Below, in pieces: positions 36,540 through 45,959 of a stretch of DNA of 64,000 nt. How positions within the stretch are numbered: position 1 is the first letter of the stretch; each line of letters begins with the position of its first letter. The stretch is from Bdellovibrionota bacterium (GTDB lineage: Bacteria; Bdellovibrionota; Bdellovibrionia; Bdellovibrionales; Bdellovibrionaceae), in assembly GCA_963170155.1 (NCBI GenBank), contig CAUJGP010000037.1:25552-89551 (forward strand), given 5' to 3'. Both the position numbers and the translations under genes were made by a program. The notes below the pieces were generated by a model. The model was not told the origin of the DNA. It saw nothing but the letters and a program-made list of their open reading frames with translations, and searched no databases.

Positions 36540-37274
36540 ATGTTTAGAATATTATTAGTCTTAGAAGACATAAATCAGTTAAACGCCATTAAAATTTTTC
36601 TAACTAAGCTAGGATGCGATGTGGAAACTCAAGGTGTTGAGTTGGGCTTGAAGGATCAAGTAATGTCCTTTCGACCTGACATCGTGCTTACAGGAGGGAC
36701 GGGAAAAAAAGTAAATCCTGGAAGCGTGGCGCAAAAAGTGAGAGAGATGAAAGAAGAGATCAAAGTTATTACTTTTTTGGCAAGAGGAGTAAAAATCTCT
36801 TTAGATGATCTCATGGCGAGTAAATATGATGCATTTATTGAAGCTCCGTTTGACCCTTTGCGGTTAATTACAATCTTAAATAAGTGGAAGAGTAAGGGGG
36901 GAGTGGATCTTATTGAAAAGTACCATAAACTTATGGGTGGTATCATAGGGGATATGGGTGATATTAATGCCATTGGTGGTGCAACATCGAATAAAAATGC
37001 CACTGTCATGGGCGGAGCCAGCACAGATGAAGCGGAGAGTCGTTCTTTATCTCTGTTTGAATCTCGATTTCCCACTTCTGTAGCTCCTCTGACACGTGTG
37101 CAGAATTACGATGATCTTACGTATGGGATTGCCGTTGGGTCTGAGAGCATGATTACTAAGGATGCTGTCCGATCTACAATGTTAAATTTACAGAAAAATT
37201 GGAATCAAAAAAGGCTTGATGAGATTGATAAGGCAAAACGTCAATTTGCAAAAGAGCTTTTCCGAAAAAAATAA
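36540..37274 (+). CDS. Hypothetical protein with degenerate receiver-like N-terminal domain
   Basis: RILLVLED...PDIVLTGG...AFIEAPF follows the receiver fold pattern, but the phospho-acceptor Asp and the conserved Lys are replaced. Confidence 0.5.
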   Translation: MFRILLVLEDINQLNAIKIFLTKLGCDVETQGVELGLKDQVMSFRPDIVLTGGTGKKVNPGSVAQKVREMKEEIKVITFLARGVKISLDDLMASKYDAFIEAPFDPLRLITILNKWKSKGGVDLIEKYHKLMGGIIGDMGDINAIGGATSNKNATVMGGASTDEAESRSLSLFESRFPTSVAPLTRVQNYDDLTYGIAVGSESMITKDAVRSTMLNLQKNWNQKRLDEIDKAKRQFAKELFRKK

Positions 37275-37324
37275 TTGCCTCCATGAACTTTCATCGCTTA
37301 GATACTCTCATTGGGAGGAATTCT

Positions 37325-37651
37325 ATGGGTGCCAATATAGAAAATATAACAGATGCTCAATTTGACTCAGTAGTATTAAAATCAGATCAACCAACGCTTG
37401 TTGATTTTTGGGCTGAGTGGTGTGGGCCCTGTCGTGCCTTGGCTCCTAAATTAGAAGAAATTTCTCAAGAGATGGCCGGTAAGATTAAAATTGTTAAAGT
37501 TAATGTAGATGAAAATCGTGAGTACGCGGCAAAGTACGGCGTTCGCGGTATTCCTACAATGATTATTTTCAAAAATGGCAGTGAAGTGGAGCAAATTAGT
37601 GGGAATGTTCCCAAAGAAACCATTGTTGATGCTTTGACAAAACAAATCTAA
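37325..37651 (+). CDS. trxA: Thioredoxin
   Basis: WAEWCGPC active site, ~108 aa. ATG 37325 follows GGGAGGAA. Confidence 0.9.
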   Translation: MGANIENITDAQFDSVVLKSDQPTLVDFWAEWCGPCRALAPKLEEISQEMAGKIKIVKVNVDENREYAAKYGVRGIPTMIIFKNGSEVEQISGNVPKETIVDALTKQI

Positions 37652-37864
37652 TGGATCGTTTCAAGCTCTTTTATGGAGCCTTGATTAAATAGTATTTGAT
37701 TCATACAACTCATTTTTGTCGACTCTTTTCTTTTTTCACTTTTTAAAAAGGCGGTTTTTGTATGCAACAGAAGCGGTCTCTTATCGAGATAGATTTGACC
37801 CGACAAAAATGAATGAAAGCATTTTAATTTTCAATAGTAATTCACAACTTCTATGAGGTTCATC

Positions 37865-38413
37865 ATGAAGACAGCAATATTGAAGTTTATTTTTGTTTTT
37901 ACCTTAGTCCCTTTCCTTTCCATAATTTACAGTACCAGGAGCTTTGCAACTTCAGATGAGTTTTTAATTAAAAAGTGTCAAGAAATGGAGGGGACCATTG
38001 TGAGGAATTGGACTTGTCCTCGGAGTGGTGATCATCGGAATGAACTCCATTGCCAAATTTTGGATGAAGAGGGTCGCTCTATGTATTTTAATGGATGCTC
38101 TGGTTCTGTTGGAAATTATGGAGAGATTTTTTTTCAAGCCTGCGTTTATCATGATCTATGTTATCATCATGAGCCAGCAACTCATGGTTATAAAAGATAT
38201 GATTGCGATAGCCAATTTTATCACAATATGATTAAAATTTGTGATTCACGTCCAAAAGATTCAAGATGTAAAGGTCGTGCTCGTCTCTTTTTTGATGCGG
38301 TCAGTACTTTTGGAAAAAATGCATGGATTTGTTCTTCTGATCAAGCTTCTTATCCTCGTCGAATTGAGTGGCTTCTTAAGCCGCTTTTGAATTTAGTAGT
38401 ATCGGCACAGTAA
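37865..38413 (+). CDS. Secreted prokaryotic-type phospholipase A2-like protein
   Basis: Signal peptide, then GCSGS...FFQACVYHDLCYHH...YDCDSQFYHNMIKIC...FFDAVSTFG. By eye this aligns with the Streptomyces violaceoruber PLA2 pattern C..HD.GY...D..FY..M...C...Y.AV..FG. Confidence 0.7.
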   Translation: MKTAILKFIFVFTLVPFLSIIYSTRSFATSDEFLIKKCQEMEGTIVRNWTCPRSGDHRNELHCQILDEEGRSMYFNGCSGSVGNYGEIFFQACVYHDLCYHHEPATHGYKRYDCDSQFYHNMIKICDSRPKDSRCKGRARLFFDAVSTFGKNAWICSSDQASYPRRIEWLLKPLLNLVVSAQ

Positions 38414-38464
38414 TTCTATGTATCCTTTTAAGAGATTGAAAAGCTTAGCTCATCAGGCATTGAG

Positions 38465-39091
38465 ATGAACGAAATAAAGTTGGAAAATTATTATTCTATT
38501 CTGACAAGCCTAGGAGTGAGAAATGAGGCCTGCAAAACGCTTGAGGTCTATGTAAATCTTCTTTGGCAAGCGAATCATTCTTTAAATTTAATCAGTCGCC
38601 AAATGACAGTTGATGAATTGGTTCATAATCATATTATTGATAGCTTTTTACCGTTGTCTTATTTTCCTCATCAGGTTTTAAAGGTCGCTGATTTTGGTTC
38701 AGGAGGAGGGATGCCAGCCGTTTTGTATGCCATTCAGTTTCCTAAGATTCAATTTCGATTGTTTGAAAAGAGTCCTAAAAAACGAGAATTCTTAAAAGCT
38801 TGTCAACAGCAAATCGCTCCTAATATTGAGGTTTTTGCTGAGGTTCAGTCAAAAGATTTAGTTGGAATTGAATTGGTTGTGGCCAGGGCTTTTAAGCCTT
38901 TGGATGTCATTTTGACAATGAGTCGTGAATATTATCTCTCTGGGGGGGCTTACTTTCTTCTCAAGGGACGCAAAGAAAAAATTCAAGAAGAATTAGAGTT
39001 GGTTAAAAAGAACTTTCGAGATCGAGAGATTGAAGTAATTCCTCTTGTTTCGCCTGTTCTTGATGTCGAAAGACATTTAGTGAGAATTTAG
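38465..39091 (+). CDS. rsmG: 16S rRNA (guanine527-N7)-methyltransferase RsmG
   Basis: SAM motif VADFGSGGGMPAV and the family-typical N-terminus (LLWQANHSLNLIS). Confidence 0.85.
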   Translation: MNEIKLENYYSILTSLGVRNEACKTLEVYVNLLWQANHSLNLISRQMTVDELVHNHIIDSFLPLSYFPHQVLKVADFGSGGGMPAVLYAIQFPKIQFRLFEKSPKKREFLKACQQQIAPNIEVFAEVQSKDLVGIELVVARAFKPLDVILTMSREYYLSGGAYFLLKGRKEKIQEELELVKKNFRDREIEVIPLVSPVLDVERHLVRI

Positions 39092-39105
39092 TATTGATTC
39101 TAGAA

Positions 39106-39642
39106 TTAGAAGTTATTTTTCCACATCATTGATTCAACGGGCTGTGGAGCTACAAGATTGTATTTGGCGGAGCTTTTAATATTATAGCTGGTATTAACAT
39201 CTCCACTGACCTCAAAGTAAATAAGCTGTCCGATTGGCATTCCTGAATAGACTCGAACAGGTTTCTTGACAGAAATTTCAAGGGTCCAATAATTACAAAA
39301 GCCTACATCTCCTTTTCCTGCCGTGGCATGGATGTCAATCCCAAGACGTCCCACTGAGGATTTGCCTTCGAGAAAGGGAACATGGATGTGAGTTTCTGTA
39401 TATTCTTGAGTTACCCCTAGATAAAACTCATTCGGTTGCAAAACATAACCAACTTCTGGGATGTCAAAAAACTCAATGGTATTGTGTTTTTTTGCATCCA
39501 AAATAGGGTCTTTGTAGAGACCTAAGACAGATCCTAAATGCACATCATAACTATTGCTTCCAAGACACGATAGCTTAAAGGGCTCTACCTTGATGAGTCC
39601 TTTCTCTATAGCCGCTAGAATCTTGGAATCAGAAAGAATCAT
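39106..39642 (-). CDS. dcd: dCTP deaminase
   Basis: MILSDSKILAAIEKG N-terminus, GKSSVGRLGI motif, and size typical of the dCTP deaminase/dUTPase superfamily. Confidence 0.85.
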   Translation of the reverse strand: MILSDSKILAAIEKGLIKVEPFKLSCLGSNSYDVHLGSVLGLYKDPILDAKKHNTIEFFDIPEVGYVLQPNEFYLGVTQEYTETHIHVPFLEGKSSVGRLGIDIHATAGKGDVGFCNYWTLEISVKKPVRVYSGMPIGQLIYFEVSGDVNTSYNIKSSAKYNLVAPQPVESMMWKNNF

Positions 39643-39645
39643 GTC

Positions 39646-39825
39646 TTATTTGGTTTCTCTGTGAAGAGTGTGTTTTTTTAAGAAAGGATTATACTTTTTC
39701 TTTTCCAGGCGTCCGGGGGTTTTGGACTTATTTTTTCTGGTTGTGTAGCGAGAAGGAGGAACTCCTGCAGCTCTTGCCTCAGTACACTCTAAAGTTACAA
39801 TAATGCGGCCTGTTTTCTTTGCCAT
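39646..39825 (-). CDS. rpmG: 50S ribosomal protein L33, below the ORF-track cutoff
   Basis: Manual translation gives [59 protein letters not shown], 59 aa. YTT.KNK and L.KKKY.P...KHT.H.E.K are the L33 signature. The stop lies 3 nt before the dcd start. Confidence 0.9.
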   Translation of the reverse strand: MAKKTGRIIVTLECTEARAAGVPPSRYTTRKNKSKTPGRLEKKKYNPFLKKHTLHRETK

Positions 39826-40077
39826 AAATTCACTCCTTAGATGCGGGTCCTATTTTTCTAGAAGACCCTCAACGGAGCCACTTTTCTTCACAAGAGTGGC
39901 TACTGGTTATTTAAACCAAAAATTAAAACTTTACCTTTACTTTAAGAGAACCCTCTGTCTTCAATTAATAGATAACCATGTCAGGTTATGGATGCTTGAA
40001 AAAAGGCGAGCTCCTTCTAGGGAAGGCAGTACCCTAGCAAAGATAAAGAGGAACTTCAATATACAAATGGGGGATAT

Positions 40078-40998
40078 GTGAAGAGTTTTTTAGTTTTTGT
40101 AATAATTTTTGCTAAAGTAACCTTAGGATTAGGAAGTTTTGCTGAAGCTTTAGAGTGTCGTAGGGGAGAAAATGGTCAAAAGATTGGATTAGAAGCTTTG
40201 GTTACAGAAATTCCGCTTGGAAGTACTCTTTTTTTGGGGGAGCTTCATGGCTTTACATCCGTAGCTTCGGGCCAAATGTTGATTTTAGATGAGCTTCGCC
40301 GCCAAGGACACAAAGTAGATGTTGGACTTGAGTTTTTCACCTATACAAAGCAATCCGTTGTGGACCAATTTGTTCAAGGTTTTATAAATGAAAGTGTTTT
40401 TCTGAGCCAGGTTGGGTGGGCTCAGAGTATGGATTTTGGTTTTTATAGAAGGCAGGCCCTTTTCCCTCGATTTGAGGAGGGAGAGCTGACCTTAGCGATT
40501 AATGCCCCCCAAAGCTTAACTCGTTCGGTCGCTAAAAAAGGAATCGATTCTTTAACGGAAGAAGAAAAAAAGCTCTTGCCTCCAGACTTTGAGTTAGGTC
40601 GTCCTGACTACTTAGAGCGTTTTCGAGAGGCGATGGGTGGCCATGTAGAAGAGAAAGACCTTCTGCGTTACTTTCAGGCTCAAAGTGTATGGGATGAGAC
40701 CATGGCTTGGCAATTGGCTTCCTATCGAACGGGCCATACAAAAGCAGTGGTTGTTGGTGAGTTTCATGTTCAATATGGAGGGGGGCTTCCCCATCGTTTG
40801 TCTGTAAGAGACCCTCAAATGAATATTGTGACCTTAGGTTTTATGGATATTCATAATCTTAGCGCTTCAGAAGTCGATGAGGCTCTTAAACCCCATATCA
40901 AATGGGGCGTCAGAGAGGACTTTATTTGCCTTGTGGATCTTCCTGAGACAACAAAGAGCTGGTCTCTCTTTAAAGGTTTGGGGCGCTCTTACCGATAA
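40078..40998 (+). CDS. ChaN-family (haem-binding uptake / Tiki superfamily) periplasmic protein
   Basis: Signal peptide, LFLGELHG and QSVWDETMA motifs typical of the ChaN/DUF399 fold. GTG start. Confidence 0.6.
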   Translation: MKSFLVFVIIFAKVTLGLGSFAEALECRRGENGQKIGLEALVTEIPLGSTLFLGELHGFTSVASGQMLILDELRRQGHKVDVGLEFFTYTKQSVVDQFVQGFINESVFLSQVGWAQSMDFGFYRRQALFPRFEEGELTLAINAPQSLTRSVAKKGIDSLTEEEKKLLPPDFELGRPDYLERFREAMGGHVEEKDLLRYFQAQSVWDETMAWQLASYRTGHTKAVVVGEFHVQYGGGLPHRLSVRDPQMNIVTLGFMDIHNLSASEVDEALKPHIKWGVREDFICLVDLPETTKSWSLFKGLGRSYR

Positions 40999-41005
40999 AA
41001 GCTCT

Positions 41006-42946
41006 ATGGGAGCTAAGAAAATATTAATTTTGGAAGATGATTCAACTTTGGCAAACGCCTTGGCAGGAACTGTTAAAAAGGCGGGGTATGAATCTGTTAT
41101 TTGTTCACACCCGGATGAAGCTTTAAATGAATTGGATAAAAACTCCTTTAAATTGGTGTTTATCGATTGTTTATTGCCGCAGACGCCAGGCGTGGATGTC
41201 GCTAAAAGTATTAGGAAAAATTTTGATTCTGAGATCCTTCCTATTGTCATGATGAGCGGGATTTTTACAGATAAGCAAATGATGAAAGACATCACCAATG
41301 AGATTTCAGCTCTGGATTTCTTAAAAAAACCTTTTGAAGTGACCGAGGTTTTAAAGTTCTTGGAGAAAGAATCTGTAGCTTCTCATGATGAGCGTTTGGC
41401 GAAGAGCCTTTTTTCATTGCCAGATCGTCTAGGGGCTATGCCTGCCAAACGAAATGAAATTCTACGTGCTCTTAGTAAAATTCATGGATTTGAATTGCCA
41501 ATTTTACTGACTTCGATGGTGGCAAATTCGTGTAGCGGTGTGATTCAATTGAGTGATGAAAAAGGGGAAGTCAATAGGATTAGTTTTTATAAAGGAAATA
41601 TTGTCGGAGTTGATAGCGCTGATAAACAGAGTACTTTAGGAAAACTTTTAATCGCTAATGGGTGGGTTCTTCCCAGTGACCTTGAAATTGAATTGAATCG
41701 TCCTTCGGAGAAAAAAATAGGTCAGAGGCTGGTGGAAGAAAATTTGATTTCTCCCCATGCTGTTTTTGATGTAATGGAAAAACAAATGGCTCTTCGATTA
41801 GAGAAAATGATTAAGGATAAAAATTATCAGATTAAATATGAAGAGACCATTTTAGAAAGTAATGATTCAGCATCGATTGATGCGACTGAATATTATCTAC
41901 TTTTAGATCATTGGATTGCAAATCTTGTCGCCTCAGAATGGTTGAATCATCAAATTAATTTATGGAGTGGATACTCTGTGGAGTTTGGGCCGAACCATGA
42001 TCCTTATCGGCACGAGTACGAAGCCTCTACCATCCGCGCGGTTGAAAGCATCATTGGATCTATTGAGTGTCGGAAGGAACTTTCTATCTTGCAAAAATTT
42101 TATTATGATCGAATCTCTGAATTCAATAAAGCTTTCTACTATATGCTTTGTCTTCGCTTTGTTTTATTTACTGAAAAAGCGAATATAATGTCGGAACAAG
42201 AAAAATTAGCAAGAGTTCAGAAGCTTTGGCCTCAAATCAAGGATGCGAACTTAATAGAGACTTTTCTTCAAATTGGTGGGCGTCGTGACATGACGCCAGA
42301 AGAAGTGCAAGTCGTGTATCAGGACTTTATGAAGAAGTTTCCAACATCTTTAGGAGATCCTAATAATGCATCTCCGCAAGAAGCTCTTTGTCGAACAGTG
42401 AAGGAAAGAGTGACCTCTGCTTATCAATTATTTTTAGAGCCTTCAAAAGTGCTGACTTATGAGAGAGAGCAAGAAACGGGGCATGCTTCTAAAAGATCTC
42501 AGGCCTTAATTAAAATGGAAGAAGCAAAAAAATTTCTATCATTGGGGCAATATTCAACAGCAACTATCATTATCAACAAGGCTATTGATTTATACCCAGG
42601 AATTGATTCTGGGATTTTATATCGAGTCTGGGTTAAGGTAGGGTCGTTGCCTCAAAATAAAAATGTCGAAAAGGATCTTCTTCTGGACGTAGATCAAATG
42701 TTAGCTAAGGTTTCCTCTGAAGAAATGAACTCAGCGATTGGTTGTTTAGTGCAAGGTCTTGTTGCTAAAAGAAAGCGGGATTTTGTGGGAGCACGTGCTT
42801 TTTTTGAACGCGCTCTAGCTACAGATAAAAGCCTTATCGAGGCACGGAGAGAACTCAATAAGCTGCCGGCAGATGTTAAAAAGCCGATTGATTTACTTCA
42901 TGGAGATCTGAGTGTTGTTCTTGGGAGCTTTTTCAAAAAATCTTAA
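41006..42946 (+). CDS. Response regulator with PATAN (DUF4388)-like domain and C-terminal TPR-like region
   Basis: Canonical receiver (LEDD, VFIDCLLP, MMSG, LKKPF). Middle segment GVIQLSDEKGEVNRISFYKGNIVGV...LGKLLI..G...DL is DUF4388-like. C-terminal part is helical repeats. Start at ATG 41006, 7 nt after the ChaN-like stop. Confidence 0.65.
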   Translation: MGAKKILILEDDSTLANALAGTVKKAGYESVICSHPDEALNELDKNSFKLVFIDCLLPQTPGVDVAKSIRKNFDSEILPIVMMSGIFTDKQMMKDITNEISALDFLKKPFEVTEVLKFLEKESVASHDERLAKSLFSLPDRLGAMPAKRNEILRALSKIHGFELPILLTSMVANSCSGVIQLSDEKGEVNRISFYKGNIVGVDSADKQSTLGKLLIANGWVLPSDLEIELNRPSEKKIGQRLVEENLISPHAVFDVMEKQMALRLEKMIKDKNYQIKYEETILESNDSASIDATEYYLLLDHWIANLVASEWLNHQINLWSGYSVEFGPNHDPYRHEYEASTIRAVESIIGSIECRKELSILQKFYYDRISEFNKAFYYMLCLRFVLFTEKANIMSEQEKLARVQKLWPQIKDANLIETFLQIGGRRDMTPEEVQVVYQDFMKKFPTSLGDPNNASPQEALCRTVKERVTSAYQLFLEPSKVLTYEREQETGHASKRSQALIKMEEAKKFLSLGQYSTATIIINKAIDLYPGIDSGILYRVWVKVGSLPQNKNVEKDLLLDVDQMLAKVSSEEMNSAIGCLVQGLVAKRKRDFVGARAFFERALATDKSLIEARRELNKLPADVKKPIDLLHGDLSVVLGSFFKKS

Positions 42947-42970
42947 GGAGCCCTCCATGGCGATTTCGCC

Positions 42971-43324
42971 TTACTTGATGTTGAAGACCTCTTGAATGGC
43001 TTGTTCGAGCATTTCTTTCGGCGCTGCTCCTTGGGCCATTTGTGGCTCTCCTGTCATGGGTGCGAAGAGAAGAGATGGAACACTCATGACTCCAAATGTG
43101 CTGGCCACTTCTTGTTCAGTATCAATATTCACTTTATAGACGTCAATTTTTCCCGCATACTGTTGTGAAATTTCTTCTAAAATGGGAGCTAAGCGTTTGC
43201 ATGGACCACACCAGTCAGCGTAAAAATCAATAATAGCAGGCTTGGATCCTTGAAAAGTCCAAGAATTATTTTTTTCATAATCAAACACTTTTTCTTTAAA
43301 TTCACTCGCTGTCAGTGCAATCAT
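42971..43324 (-). CDS. Thioredoxin-family protein (second copy)
   Basis: DWCGPC active site. ATG 43324 follows AAGGAAA, whereas the longer TTG-initiated ORF has no RBS. Confidence 0.8.
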   Translation of the reverse strand: MIALTASEFKEKVFDYEKNNSWTFQGSKPAIIDFYADWCGPCKRLAPILEEISQQYAGKIDVYKVNIDTEQEVASTFGVMSVPSLLFAPMTGEPQMAQGAAPKEMLEQAIQEVFNIK

Positions 43325-43597
43325 TTGGATTTCCTTATTGAAGGTTATAGGTTGCTGCGACAAAATTAAAAATACCGTTCTGTCTCATGTTAAACAGAGT
43401 TTTTTTTGTATGGCGATGAGATTAACTCTTGATTCAAGGCGTAATCCCTTTTTTACACGATGTCATTTGTTTTGATCAGATCAATCTGCAGTTTTTGAGT
43501 GGGATAAGGCTTATTTTCACCACAATGATCATCTTCAGCAAAAGAAAAAGGATGGGTCGCTCAAAGTGAAAAGAGGATGTTCTTATAAAACATCAGG

Positions 43598-44512
43598 TTA
43601 GGCTCGATGAAATTTCAATGTCAGACTAATGCATTGGGCGATAATTTGGCTAAACTGCAGTTCTTCGTTGAGAATTTGAGCGCGGTCCGAGGGCATTCTG
43701 ATGGTAAGAACTCCATAAAATAAAGAGGGTGCTGAATACAGTGGTAAAACAATCATTGAATTGAAGTTAATATTCGAAAAATATTTTTTGATTTGATTCA
43801 GTGTTGGATCATTGGCGAGGTTTTCAATAACCAATGTTTTTTCTGTATTAATAACAAATAAAATTTCAGGATATTTTTTAAGATTGAGACTCCATTCGTT
43901 TCTTTCAGCATCATCGCTGGAGGCCTTCACTGTGCCCAGTCGATTGATTTCATCGCATTTAATAATGCTTGTTCTCACGCTTTTTAGAGCCATCGCCGAC
44001 ATTTGTGTTAATTTGAGCAAGGTCTCCGAGAGATTTTCACTTTGATAGACTTGGCGAAGAACAAGTTCAATCAAGTGAAGATAGAGATTGGAATTGCCGT
44101 CAAAGAGGCTGGTTGAGCGTTCTTCACTGCGAGAAGGTTGTAAATGAAAAACAAGCCGAGAGATAATGTCTTCTACTTCGAGAGGCCTTAGGAGAAAATC
44201 GGCAGCACCCCATTTCATGCATTCTTTGATGTTATTAATATTTGTTTGATGAGAGATGATGATAATTTTAGTGGGAGTTCGACCTAGAGAACCCATTTCT
44301 TGGAGTTCTTTGAGGATTTGCAAAGCGTTCATTCGAGGCAGCATGAGCTCAATGAGAGCGACCTGGGGCTTGTGTTTTATAATTTCTTTAATGGCCTCTT
44401 CGCCATCGTTTGAGACATAAGCTTCAAAACCTCTTTCATCGAGAAAGGCTTTTAAATGCAAACTTTGAGTAGAGCTTGGATCTGCAATGAGTATTTTTAC
44501 GGGTGCGGTCAT
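43598..44512 (-). CDS. Atypical receiver (Glu at the phospho-acceptor position) fused to a GAF-like domain
   Basis: The receiver pattern has LIELMLP where D is expected (codon 44348-44350 = GAG) and LLRPL where K is expected. The C-terminal ~150 aa are GAF-like. Confidence 0.6.
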   Translation of the reverse strand: MTAPVKILIADPSSTQSLHLKAFLDERGFEAYVSNDGEEAIKEIIKHKPQVALIELMLPRMNALQILKELQEMGSLGRTPTKIIIISHQTNINNIKECMKWGAADFLLRPLEVEDIISRLVFHLQPSRSEERSTSLFDGNSNLYLHLIELVLRQVYQSENLSETLLKLTQMSAMALKSVRTSIIKCDEINRLGTVKASSDDAERNEWSLNLKKYPEILFVINTEKTLVIENLANDPTLNQIKKYFSNINFNSMIVLPLYSAPSLFYGVLTIRMPSDRAQILNEELQFSQIIAQCISLTLKFHRA

Positions 44513-44703
44513 GGTGTCTCTATCGGAAAATGAAGAGTACTTCTTAATAGTCGTGCTTCGATTAATAAATTTTATTTAAGAATAGGATTGGTTTATCAGA
44601 GATGACATGTTGCTGCACTTTTGTATTTTGTAGACAGGGCATGTTCAAGATGATTTTCTAAGGTCTATGCCGTTAGGTTGGCTACAGCATAGAAGGGGAG
44701 TCT

Positions 44704-45951
44704 ATGTTTTTGAAAAATTTAAAAATGCTGGGAGCCATTCTTTTTTTATCTGAAACTCTACTGGCAAATAGTCTTGCGTTGGATGATGTTTATAAACAGG
44801 CCCTTGAGAAGGCGGAGAGCCTTCGCATTAGTGAGTCTGAGCTGCGCGTCAGTGAAGTCCAGACAGATAAAGCAAGGTCTGATTTTTTTCCTTCGCTATC
44901 ATTGAATTCGAGTTATTTGAGGCAAAATAAAATTTTACCTTCCGTAAATGAATACGATCAACAGGTAACAAAATTGAATTTTTCCCAATCTCTTTATGCA
45001 GGAGGAAAAGATTCTTCCATGGTCAATGCCGCCAAGGCCAATGTTAAATCGCTATTTTATAAATTAGAGGAGTCCAAAAATAGTTTTTATATACAGGTGG
45101 CTCAGGTTTTCTATGCGCAATTATCGGCTGAAAGAGAAGTGGAGAATACAAAAAAATCCATTGAACTCACAAAGAAGAGATTGGAAGAGTTGGATCGTCG
45201 AAAAAAAATCGGTAAATCGAGGAATATTGAACTTCTGGCGGCGCAATCCCAACTTTCTATTTTGGAAGCCCATCTTTTAGCTTCTCTGGGTGAGTTACAG
45301 GTGGCCAAAAATAACTTTTACCTTTTAACAGGTTTGGATTCAAAAATTTCGCTAAAGGAAGATGCAAGTCTTCCTCAGGAAAACAGGGATCTCAAAACAC
45401 TTCTTTCTTCTTTAGAACAACGTCCTGACCTTTTGGCTTTGAATTCTCATTTGAGAAGCACAGAAGAACTCGTGGGAGCGGCTCGATCAGGATTTCTTCC
45501 AAACTTGGATGTCTCCGCCAATTATTATCTTTCACGTACAAATTCTTCATCAAACGCTCCTGATTGGGATGCCAGTCTTACTTTGACGATTCCTCTCTTC
45601 TCCAAAGGGTTGACAAGCGCAGAGGTAAAAGAAGCTCAAGAGCGTCGAATGCAGGCGGAACTTTTGTTGAATCAAAAGCGGCGAAATGCTGAAACTGAAA
45701 TAAAATCAGCATATCATAATTTTATGAGTTTTCTTGAGCAAGTGAAAGCGTTGGAAAAAGCAGTGGTGGCCACAGAGCAAAACTATAAACAGCAAGAAAG
45801 GGATTATCGCTTTAGTCTCGCTACTAATTTGGATGTGATTCAAGCCCTCAACACTCTGGACGAAACAAAGCGTTCTCTCGATAAAACCCGTTATCAAGCT
45901 CTTTATGCGGCAGCGATTCTCAAGGCCACAGTGAATGAACTGAAAAAATAG
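44704..45951 (+). CDS. TolC-family outer membrane efflux protein
   Basis: Signal peptide and two tandem OEP repeats with characteristic coiled segments. AAGGGGAG RBS. Confidence 0.85.
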   Translation: MFLKNLKMLGAILFLSETLLANSLALDDVYKQALEKAESLRISESELRVSEVQTDKARSDFFPSLSLNSSYLRQNKILPSVNEYDQQVTKLNFSQSLYAGGKDSSMVNAAKANVKSLFYKLEESKNSFYIQVAQVFYAQLSAEREVENTKKSIELTKKRLEELDRRKKIGKSRNIELLAAQSQLSILEAHLLASLGELQVAKNNFYLLTGLDSKISLKEDASLPQENRDLKTLLSSLEQRPDLLALNSHLRSTEELVGAARSGFLPNLDVSANYYLSRTNSSSNAPDWDASLTLTIPLFSKGLTSAEVKEAQERRMQAELLLNQKRRNAETEIKSAYHNFMSFLEQVKALEKAVVATEQNYKQQERDYRFSLATNLDVIQALNTLDETKRSLDKTRYQALYAAAILKATVNELKK

Positions 45952-45959
45952 GAAGAACT

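Noticed and set aside
36293-36571. 92-aa minus-strand ORF in the LptF/G upstream spacer
   Set aside because: It overlaps the starts of both neighbouring genes. It is highly basic and AT-driven, and has no RBS.
36656-37075. 139-aa ORF antisense to the 36540-37274 gene
   Set aside because: It is a shadow ORF. The plus-strand frame is longer and shows a receiver-like fold pattern.
37283-37324. N-terminal extension of the trxA ORF (start at ATG 37283)
   Set aside because: GGGAGGAA precedes ATG 37325, which yields a standard ~108-aa thioredoxin. The extension has no RBS.
39803-40081. 92-aa plus-strand ORF from the track
   Set aside because: It overlaps the start of the well-supported minus-strand rpmG gene. 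It has no RBS, and its composition looks like translated spacer.
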